Shown piece by piece: positions 53,783 through 64,000 of a stretch of 64,000 bases of DNA; the stretch's first letter is position 1; every line of letters begins with the position of its first letter. The notes beneath the pieces are model-generated. The model was given only the letters and a program-made list of their open reading frames with translations, did not search any database and was not told where the DNA came from. The stretch lies in contig NC_042997.1 of the NCBI RefSeq assembly GCF_006345805.1, positions 146,816,001 through 146,880,000 on the forward strand, read 5' to 3'. Origin of the DNA: Octopus sinensis. Taxonomy: Eukaryota. The position numbers were made by a program, and so were the translations under genes.

Positions 53783-54801
53783 ATTCTGCCAGCTCACTGC
53801 CTTGTGCCAATAATACATAATAAAAAGGAAAATATGCCCTAGATTAGAAAAATAAATTACAGCTTTATCAAAAAGCAAAAGAAATAGTATTTCAGAATTA
53901 AGCCAGAAATATTTTGTGTATAAAACAAACAAAAAAACCTGTTTAAGATCACTCCTTTTTAACTGTATTTTTCAAAAATTAAAATAAGAAGATTACTAAT
54001 GACAAATACAAAGTTTTATAAATGTATATTATATGTATATAATCCAAGCAAAATAGTTTCTCTTTTTTGTACAAGATGCTTTTGTTTACTAAAATGTCAA
54101 ATTAACAAGTGAAAAAACTTATCCAGTAGGTGAGAAAAAAAAACAAAAAAAAACTTCATTTTAACAAGCATATTTAACTGATAAATAATAGTGAAGAGGA
54201 ATAAGACAGATTCAACATCCCTTACATCACCCAATTGCAGAAAACTTCCAAAAATAGTGATAATGATTCCTTTAAAGTAGTCAGTCAAAAAGTGAGAATA
54301 GCAAATGCAAAGGAGAAAGAAAAAAAGAAAAGTAAAAAAGAAAAAAAAAATAGATATAAGATAAATGTGTATTCATTCGTGCGTATCTGTTTTGTGTTTA
54401 AGAGATCATATATGCTTGTATAAGCGCCAAAACAATGAAAACAGATCACCCTATCATAAGCAAACGATTTCAAGTTAATTCACCATAAGAGGTCTAAGGC
54501 TTTTTAATCATTCCCTGTATTAGCCTAAGATCTTTTGGTCATCTTATGAATAGCCACTCAATTTTGCATAGTTTAACATGGCAATATTCGCACACATGTA
54601 TGCGAAAGTTCAAACTTATAATCAACAAATCCGCTGATGTATTCATTACATGTGGAACTTTCAGCAAACTGGTTAATACTTAAAGAACAATTGGCTTTTT
54701 TTTCTTTTTTCATCATTCTGTTTGCAGGACCTAATTTGATGGATAAATTTATATTTTTTTCTTAATAAGAAAGAATAAAATTTCTTTATGTAAATTAGTC
54801 A

Positions 54802-55057
54802 TTAGGATTGCTTTGTATGTTTTTGTGCCGTAATCCAGATTTCATCATCTGGTTTAGTAACCAGTCCGTAAACAGGAGTGACAACCTGACCTTTAACAAG
54901 ACCCAAGCGGAACATTCTCAAAATCTTTGTGATACAAATGCTGGCACATACATAATTTAGTGCACGCTTTGGATCTCCGTTTTTGCCATAAATATCAAAA
55001 GGTTGGAAAACTAAACCAGATTTGGCCTTATCCTCAGCAAATCTTTCTGGATCAAAC
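54802..55057 (-). CDS. CYP20A1: CYP20A1-like last coding exon (PERF motif, heme loop, stop)
   Basis: tttcag acceptor, phase 2; FDPERFAEDKAKSGLVFQPFDIYGKNGDPKRALNYVCASICITKILRMFRLGLVKGQVVTPVYGLVTKPDDEIWITAQKHTKQS*; the GQV..Y.LVT...E.WIT C-terminus is CYP20-like; TAA at 54804-54802. Confidence 0.9.
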
Positions 55058-55626
55058 CTGAAACAAAAATAAAAATTATAAAATCAGAATCCTTATATAC
55101 TGTATATGTCCACCATTCAAACATCATAACAATGTCAATGAAGAGAATATCGTTTGCCATCATTGTTTTAATCTCCACTTTTCTATGCAACCATAGGTGA
55201 GATGGAATTTATTGGGGCAGATTTTTCTACAGCTGGATGCCCTTGTTGCCAAATCTCACCTGCTTCCAAGCAAGGTGATATTTCCCAATAGCTAAACATG
55301 TTTTTTCACAGAAGACAGGAAACAAACAACATTGCTTGTATGACAATGATGTTCATTTCAACCATCGTATGATATCTAGACAAGGGTACACACAAACACA
55401 CACATATATATATACATACACACATATACATACATACACACATATACATACATACACATACATATATACATACACATCATCATCATCATCATCATCGTCG
55501 TTTAACGTCCGTTCTCCATGCTAGCATGGGTTGGACATGTATACATATATATATATACATACACATATATACATATACATATATATATAAACATACACAT
55601 ACATATACATACATACATACACAAAC

Positions 55627-55717
<91 letters not shown>

Positions 55718-56712
55718 GATGAGCTTCTTTCAGTTTCCATCTACCAAATCCACTCATAAGGTTTTGGTCTGTCTACGTTTATAATAGAAGACACTGACCC
55801 AAAGAACCATGCAGTGGGACTGAACCCAAATTTCCAAGATTAGGAAGCAGGCCTCTTAACCACACAGCCAATGCCAGCACCATCATACATAAATAAAAAC
55901 TATCATGATGAGATCTATCACAAAGCTCATCAGTTCAGTGACCATCCAGTCCTGCAGCTTTCCAACCTGAGATCTACAATACTTGTACCGGGGTCTGTGA
56001 ACCATGTTCAAAACTTTAAATGGCTGCAGTGTAAAATGCGTGATTATTCATTTATATATTTTATTATTACTGAATCACACATCATTACCACTCAGTTGCA
56101 CATTATTATTCTCTACATCATTTAATGTCTGTTTTTCCATGCTGGCATGGTTTTACAAGAGCTGGCAAGGCCAGAGTCTGCACCAGGTTTTGGCTCTGTT
56201 TCTACAGGTGAATGCCCTAATGCCAACCACTCTACAGAGTGTACTGGGTACTTTTTATGTCACACCATCATACAGCGCTTTTTACATGGCATCAGCGCCC
56301 ACACCAATACTTTATTTTTACGTGGCACCTTGGTTTCAGGATATCAATTCTGTTGTGATGGATATGCGTTGAGTACAGCAATATGCCAATTATCTTTTTA
56401 CACACTTATTTTCTTACACAATCAGTTACAGATTACTATTATTCAATTACATATATTTTTTTTTAGCCAGGATGAAACGGGTGGCAAACTTCTTAACCAT
56501 ATATCCATGATAGTAACCTTGTACTATAAGAATTTAACCTCAAGACTTCTATAATACAATGGTTTAACCAAGCCTTGTCACACATTTGTATGTTTCTATG
56601 CTAGTATGGTTTTTTTATTCTATGAACTTGGACACCATCATTACAATATGTTACAGCAATTGACTTATTAGATACTAATAATGCTAACTAAAAATAGAAA
56701 ATTTAAACATAC

Positions 56713-56777
56713 TGAGTAGGAAGAGGCCAATATTGTTCTTCTTGCATTAGGACACCAATAGCATGAAGGATAGGAGT
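56713..56777 (-). CDS. CYP20A1: CYP20A1-like short exon
   Basis: cttcag acceptor, gtatgt donor; 65 nt, phase 0-2; TPILHAIGVLMQEEQYWPLPT(Q), resembling vertebrate CYP20A1 TLVLYALGVVLQDPNTWP (recalled). Confidence 0.9.
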
Positions 56778-58895
56778 CTGAAGAAAGAAAATAAATAAAT
56801 AAATAAAGATTAAGCTATCTGTATTAAAACATTTAATGAAAGCAAAAGAACAATTTAAGTGATATTCTTGTGTGTACTTTAAAAGACAAAACATGGAGCT
56901 ATGAAAAGATAACAGTTTATGAAATAGTTACACATTTATTTCAACAAGGTAAAAAAATTTTCCAGAAATAAATATTCATCATAATCATCATCATTTAACA
57001 TCTATTTTCCATACTGTTGTAGGTTGGCTGGTTTGCAGTCAAAAGACTGCCCCAAGCTCTGTTTTGGGCTTCGGTATGGGTTCTACAGCTGGATGCTCTT
57101 CCTAAAGCCAACCACTTTACAAAATGTACTGGATGATTTTTACATGGCACCAGCATCAGTGAGATCACCAATTAACTTGCAGGACAAGACCCCTCAACTA
57201 AAGTAGGAGTAGTATTGAGGGGCAGAAAAAGTTGTCTAGAAGTAGAGGAGAAACACGGCTATCTCAGGTGGAGAAAAAGTGGACAGAGAGAGAGAGAGAT
57301 GGTAAGGAAGTGATGAGATAGGGGTGCATACACCCAAGTTACAGGGAAGTGTATCATGTTAAGTGGACAGGGGATAGAAAAGTAGGTGGCTAAGTTCACG
57401 AGATTGCAAAAAAAGAGTGAGAGATGGAAGGAGGAAGGAATGTAGTGAATGGGCATCCCTCACCAAAAAAACAACCATGAGCAGCACTCAACTAAACCCT
57501 TATAGTTGCTCCAAATGTTAGGCCTTACTATCAATGAGGATCTCTCCCAGAGAAGTATATCTTAAGCCAAGATAACATCCCAAAGACTGGCTCTTTTCTT
57601 TGCCATCAACCCCTATACATTACTGCCTTGAGCCAAAGGACTTGTAGGGTTGGTTACAAGGCTTCCATGGTGTGTAAATGACTGGGATTACAACCTTTCC
57701 TTTCAACAGGACACCAGTTTGTCACAAGATGACTCATTTACAGTGGAGCAGACTGGAGCAACATGAAATGAAGTGTTTTGCATAAGAACGCCAACACACG
57801 ACCCAGCCTGAGAAAAGAAACCACAAGCTTGCAATCAGGAATGCAACACCCTAACCACTAGGCAAGAAAATGTTTCAGCCCAAATCAGTTGCTAACACTT
57901 TATAAGGCTCGAGTGAAGCCCATAATAGAGTGTTATGCCCACATTTGCTGTTATGGACTGCCTCTAGAAAGCCCACTCAACTGATTGGCATTAAATCACT
58001 AAGAAACACACTCCAGCCTCTGGCCAACAGGCATGCTGTTTCTTCTTTCTGTCTTTTCTATTGTTACTATAATAGATACTAGCTAGCTCCATGCCATCCA
58101 AAATTATGGCTAATTGTAATATTTTATATATAAGGTACATAATAACACATACAAACATTCACATATTTTCTTAGTACACACACACATACATAGAGTTGAA
58201 ATGTTGTTTGATATTTTTTCACCACTTCCTTCCTTATTCATCTATCACCCCTTCCTTTGTCATTTGTATGTTGTGACAGAGAAAGACAAGAATATTATTA
58301 TAGTAGATTGTTCCTTAGAACTGACTGGTCTTATTCCTTCTCCAGGGGAGCACCACCAATCCTCTTGGCTCTCCACAACTCATTATCCCATCCCCAAACT
58401 TAAATAACCATATGCCCAGTCCTCTCTCCCTAGAATACCAGCTCCCTCTGGAATCTACTTGCTTATATCATTCCTGTTGGTTGATGACCTGAAGCAATTT
58501 TTTAAAAATATTAATGGCATCAAGATCACCAGTCTCAGGACCTACAAAGGCCCTTTCCTTTATATTCAACCAGTAAAATAAAAAAAGTCACATTACTCCT
58601 AAAACCCTGCAAAAATAAACAACCCCTTCCCCTAGGTATTTATCAGTGCATTTGTAAATGAGCCGATCAATGCAATTGCAGCTATTTTTTTAATATATAG
58701 ATGTTCATACAGATCCATTGAAAGAGATAAGAACACAGACCTTCAGTTACAAATATCTATTATCCTCATCAAAGCCTGAGAACAGGATTTTAAAATTCTA
58801 ACTTAAAAATTGAATGTTAGTTGAAATAAATAATAAAATTTTATGAAGTAAAAAAAAATTAAATTAAAGATAAATTTGTAATATAAATATATTAC

Positions 58896-59007
58896 ATTTT
58901 TGGGAATTTTATGTCCTTCAAGTTCTCCATCAAAACTCTGGGTGTAGGCAGACCATTGAATTAACACAGCACATCGATGAGTTTCATCCAACACTTGCTT
59001 CAGATAT
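58896..59007 (-). CDS. CYP20A1: CYP20A1-like exon (K helix, ExxR)
   Basis: acttag acceptor, gtaata donor; 112 nt, phase 2-0; YLKQVLDETHRCAVLIQWSAYTQSFDGELEGHKIPKN containing ExxR (ETHR). Confidence 0.9.
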
Positions 59008-59659
59008 CTAAGTAAAGAAGAAACAGGTGAAAACAGAGAATTTATTCCATTCTTTTGCAGACATATTTCTAACAAGAATATAATATAACAGCCTTTGTGT
59101 TTTAATTTACAAAATGGATAGGATGGGTCATCACAATCTGTATCATCTTGCACACACAACAACACAGAAGGCCATCTGATTTGGGTGAAGTGTAACATGT
59201 AGGTGCAAGCAATAGGTACACGGTAACTTTTAGGTACATGGTCTAGTGGTTGCACTTATGATTGCAAGATTGCAGTTTCAATTCTTAGGCCAGGTGATAT
59301 ATTGTACTTTTGAGCAAAACACTTCATCCAACATTGCTCCAATCTACTCAAGCTGTAAATGAGTAACTTTGTAACAAACTGGCATCCTGTTCAAGTAGAT
59401 TGTTGTGATATCAGTCATTTGTATGCCATAGAAACTGTGTGACCAGCCTTATGAGTCCTAGAACTCGAGACACTAATGTCCAAGGGTTGATGTTGACAAA
59501 GAAACTTCTTAATCAAACTGCCATACCTGTGCTACAAATTTAATGGATCCCGTTATCAATTAGAATAACTTTTCTGACACTGCCAATCAACAATCTACTG
59601 CCTTCTTTTCAAAATTCTCAATGAAGAATCTCTATGCAGCATAAAGTACAGAACTAGAA

Positions 59660-60050
59660 CATCCTCATCAGCATTTTAATGTTCACTTTTCCATGTTTGC
59701 ATGAGTCAGATGGTATTTGTTGAGGCAGATTTTCTACAGCTGGACACACTTCCTTTCATTAGCCTGCATCTGTTTCCATGCAAAGTCAATATTTCCCCAT
59801 GACAGACATGTCTCAATACATCATCATCATCATTTAACGTTCGCTTTCCATGATGGCATGGGTTGGATGTTTTGAGGACTGGCAAGCCAGAAGGTTGCAC
59901 CAGGCTCCAACCTAATCTAGCAAAGTTTCTACAGCTGGATGTCCTTCCTAATTCCAACCACTTTGAGAGTGTAGTGGGTGTTTTTTTACAAGCCACTGAC
60001 ACAGGAGCCAGTCAGGTGGCACTGGCAACAACCACATTCATATGACGCAA
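59660..60050 (-). mobile_element. RTE-type LINE 3' UTR copies with (GAT)n tail
   Basis: catcatcat-ttaacgt..ccatg..ctacagctggatg; same orientation at 55140-55380, 55475-55537, 56105-56385, 56985-57200 and 60972-61195. Confidence 0.7.
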
Positions 60051-60309
60051 AACCAAAGCTATGTAGGGCTATAGGCTGACTTATGACCAAATCGACTTAC
60101 AACCAGTCAGTCAGAACCAACAGTGGTCGTAAGTCAACAACGACCTGTATATATATAATGGGTTTCTTTCAGTTCCTCTACCAAATCAACATACAAGGTT
60201 TTAATCAATTTGGCATTATAGAAGACACTTGCCCAAGATGCCAAGCAAGTGGAATCAGATATATAAAGTTTGAGAGGGAATATAGATTAAAAAAAAAAGC
60301 ATTCCTTAC

Positions 60310-60427
60310 TTCAATTTTTTAAGATTCTCTGGAGTAATTTCATCATCTGTCAGAGTTTGTACTTCTTTTGTAAGTTTGGTTTGTACATCACTATGAGTAG
60401 CAAGGAAATATAACAACCAAGTCAACA
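60310..60427 (-). CDS. CYP20A1: CYP20A1-like exon (end of I helix, J helix)
   Basis: tttcag acceptor, gtaagg donor; 118 nt, phase 1-2; LTWLLYFLATHSDVQTKLTKEVQTLTDDEITPENLKKL(K), a typical P450 I/J segment. Confidence 0.9.
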
Positions 60428-62059
60428 CTGAAACAAAAGTTTGAGAAGCATTAGAGAAAAAGAAAATGTTTAGAGACAAAGAAGCTAAGTTAAAGGGTGA
60501 CGAAACTGGGGTTTAAGAATAAGCTTGTTTGAACCAGACTGCTCTCAAATGATGAGTAAAAAGAAGATGGGGGAAGACACACTGAATAATGTAGTCCTAG
60601 ACATACAATGTCTAAAGAAAAAAAACCCAAGATGTCATGGTTGGAACACGCTAAACTGCAGCCCTGCAGAGTTTTAGTAGAACAGATCAACCCCAGTACT
60701 TATTTTTAAACCTGGTACTTATTCTATCAATGCCTTTAGCCAAAATGCTAAGTTACAGGGATGTAAACAAACCAACCAGTTAACCAGCAGTGGGGTGGGA
60801 CAAACACAGACACAAAGACACACACACACACACACACACACACATGATAGACTAACCATACAGCCATGCCTCTGATAACATTACTTTGCTTTTATTCTTT
60901 GGTTAGTTTAGTCAAAGAAGGAGCGCACATTGGTTAAGAAAACAAAAACAATAATGGAACCAGTTTGAACATCATCATCATCATCGTGTAACGTCTGTTT
61001 TCTATGCTGGCATTGGATGATTTCACTGAGGTCTGGAAAGTCAGTGGCTGCACCAGGCTCCAATATGATCTGGCAATGTTTCTACAACTGGATGCCCTTC
61101 CTAATGCCAACCACTCTGAGAGTGTGGTGGATGTTTTTTAAGTGCCACCAGCACAGGAGCCAGTCAGGCAGGCCTGGCATAGATCACATTCAAATAGTGC
61201 TTTTACGTGCCACTGACATGGACAGGGCCATCACTAAGCCCCTGCAACCCCTGCGGTCATAGGGCCCCATGTTGAGATCAAAGTATGTAGATGAGTTATC
61301 TATTTACTTTGGTTAAGATGTTGGACAAGAATTAAATTATCTATGTTAACTGAAAATTTCAAGAAATAAAATGGTAATACATTGTACCTGCAAAAGTTCT
61401 TGTAAAAATATTACATTGTACCACGAACGTGTACCAGACTTTGTGGATTGTCTATGATATCTATTGAACATGAACTTAGCTCTCAGCTTGATTATTCTGA
61501 ACTGATCGATGATTTCGCGAAGCCAGAAGTGTGCCGTGTTTGTCTTTGAAAGTTGCTTGGATTATAAAAGCGCTCTTTTATTCATATCTGGAAGTTTTAC
61601 TTACTGAAATTTGTAATAGACCTAAATAAATTTAACTTGTACTTTTAAAGATGTTCTTTAGGATAACGTGAAATATTGAACTTCAGATAGAATAAAGTAA
61701 AATATAGCTATGAATAAAAGATGTGTAGATTATGAATTTTGATTTAAGGGATGTTAATAAATGTTACCTTTACTGATAGTACTAATTGACAGGAAACTTG
61801 TTATAAGTTATTTGCAGAGCTATACTTAAGTTAGAGTAATCAGGTAATTCATGAGAAAAAATATGTCCATATAGAAGAGATCACAATGGAACAAGTTGTA
61901 GAGGATATTGCAGTTTAATCAAGCCCCAGGCAAGATATTGCACTAAAAGCCCAAAAAGAAACCATGATGTTGCACTGAAAGCTTACCAAACCTACAGAGA
62001 GAGGCTGCACCACAAATTCGTGGAGGACTGCTACAATACAAAGCCATGCAGAACGGCTA

Positions 62060-62765
62060 CAAATACAGATCCATGGAGAGATGCTACCACTACAGACCCA
62101 TGGAGAGCTGCTGCCACTACAGATCCATGGAGAGCTGCCACCACTACAGATTCATGGAGAGATGCTACCATTACAGATGCATGGAGAGCTGCCACCACTA
62201 CAAATTCATGGAGAGATGCTACAACTACAGATCCATGGAGAGCTGCTACCACTACAGATCCATGGAGAGCTGCTACCACTACAGATCCATGGAGAGATGC
62301 TACAACTACAGATCCGTAGAGAGCTGTTACCACAATAGATCCATGGAGAGCTGCTACACTACAGATCCATGGAGAGCTGCTACCACTACAGATCCACGGA
62401 GAGATGCTACCACTACAGATCCATGGAGAGATGCTACAGCTACAGATCCACGGAGGGATGCTACCACTACAGATCCATGGAGAGATGCTACCACAACAGA
62501 TCCATAGAGAGCTGTTACCACAATAGATCCATGGAGAGCTGCTACACTACAGATCCATGGAGAGCTGCTACCACTACAGATCCATGGAGAGCTGCTATCA
62601 CTACAGATCCATGGAGAGCTGCTATCACTACAGATCCATGGAGAGCTGCTATCACTACAGATCCATGGAGAGATGCTACCACTACAGATCCATGGAGAGA
62701 TGCTACCACTACAGATTCATGGAGAACTGCTATCACTGCAGATCCATGGAGAGATGCTACTGATA
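62060..62765. repeat. 27-bp minisatellite (agatccatggagagctgctaccactac), ~26 units, intronic
   Basis: Direct reading; two 26-bp units shift the frame; lies between the CYP exons at 62947 and 60427. Confidence 0.95.
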
Positions 62766-62946
62766 GAAATCTATGGTCGGATGCTATATAGAGACTAAAG
62801 CAGATCTCTCAACCCCATTGTAAGAGTACACTACAAATCACAACAAGCAATGCCAGTATTAATATAGTGGTAGGGTGTAGCACAAGGAGAGCAATAAAAT
62901 TTTGAGAACAGAAATAAAAACAGCGAATTGTTAAATGAGACATTAC

Positions 62947-63126
62947 AGCAGCCAAGAGTATGAAAATCAAACATCATTGTCATGAAGAGGTCCATAACTA
63001 TTTCACTATCAGCTGCATCAGTCTTCAACAAGAAATCAATTAGCAAGGAATTCTCTGGAGAAACGGTTGGCTGGTCACGGCGCTTTGTAACAGCATCTTG
63101 CAGATATTTCTCAAGAAAATTCTGAG
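62947..63126 (-). CDS. CYP20A1: CYP20A1-like P450, internal exon (G/H/I-helix region)
   Basis: tttgcag acceptor, gtaatg donor; 180 nt, phase 1-1; (A)QNFLEKYLQDAVTKRRDQPTVSPENSLLIDFLLKTDAADSEIVMDLFMTMMFDFHTLGC(L); joins in frame to the next exon. Upstream exons are outside the window. Confidence 0.85.
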
Positions 63127-63250
63127 CTGCAAACAAAAGGAAAAGTAAAAAATATATAAGTAAATAAATATATAAAACTGGTTAAAATGAAAAATCAGAT
63201 TTTAAACAAAATCTTTCTCGTGATAAGCTTTTTCTTAGAAAGAAGACAAA

Positions 63251-63755
63251 ATGTTCAGAGGCAAAGTGGCTGAGTTCCTTTTGAGTGGGCCTCACAGAGG
63301 TGAGGTGGTTGAGATCCTTTTGAGTGTTGGGCCTCACAGAGGTGAGGTAGCTGAGATTCTTTTGAGTAGGCCTCACAGAGGTGAGGTGGCTGAGTTCCTT
63401 TTGAGTGTTGGGCCTCATGGAGGAAAAGTGGCTGAGCTCCTTTCGAGTGTTGGGCCTCACAGAAGCAATGACCAAGACCTTTGGCATTATGTCGTGCTTG
63501 CAAAGAAGACTGATCAAGCCGTGCAAAGTCGCAGTTGTGGCAGATACTAATGTTGAGCAAATGGCACCCAATCTGGTGGCACACAAAAGCACCCATGACA
63601 CTCAGAGTGGTTGGCATTAGGAAAGGCATCCAGTTGTAGAAAGCCATGCCAAATCAGACTGGAGCCTGGCACAGCCTTCCCGTGTGCCAGCCCAGTCAAA
63701 CCGTCCAACCCATGCCAGCATGGACAACAGATGTTAAATGATGAGGATGATCATG
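63251..63755 (+). mobile_element. RTE-type LINE 3' end with tandem amplification of the last coding segment
   Basis: ~39-bp gaggtg..gagtgttgggcctcaca units x5, then LGLTEAMT-/DLWHYVVL-like end, UTR and gatgaggatgat tail. Confidence 0.7.
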
Positions 63756-64000
63756 ATCAACATCCCTAAATATAACAATAACAGAATAAAATGGATATTA
63801 TCTATTAACATTCACAATTCAGGGGGAAAAGGCAGACAGCCAGCCCATTACACTAAAAGTACTAAAGAAAAGGAAAGCAGCCATGACTAATGGGTCACTG
63901 CAAGCAGAGGCGTATTTATCATAGCCAGATGTGTTTTTCACAGGTGTCTGTAAAAAAACAGCATCACTTGTATGATGGTGATGCTCATTTGCAACCGTTA

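Noticed and set aside
62020-62791. Mucin-like or repeat-protein CDS
   Set aside because: Frames break at the 26-bp units, and it lies in an intron of the opposite-strand CYP gene without splice support.

Overview
AT-rich, microsatellite-dense eukaryotic genomic DNA. The SINE families and repeat landscape suggest a coleoid cephalopod, probably Octopus; this is my recognition, not a database result. Almost all ORFs in the supplied track are microsatellite artefacts. The only host gene I can support is the 3' part of a CYP20A1-like cytochrome P450 on the minus strand: five exons from 63126 to 54802, all with AG/GT boundaries and matching phases. Its heme-ligand cysteine appears to be replaced by Asp. 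Transposon relics include a Penelope-like GIY-YIG fragment with a CCAAT/CRE array, Tc1 and mariner transposases, MITEs, a CR1-type LINE, a Dong/R4 LINE inside a (TAA)n tract, RTE 3' ends and several tRNA-derived SINE families. The main unexpected signal is about 25 complete, degenerate or partial type-I hammerhead ribozyme motifs (CTGANGA...GAAA...NTH, mostly with a palindromic stem III) in roughly ten unrelated non-coding repeat families. They recur as outward-facing inverted pairs, as ~500-nt tandem monomers (retrozyme/circRNA-like) ending in (TA)n tracts, and as the 3' module of a tRNA-headed SINE. All folds were read by eye and none has been computed or tested.
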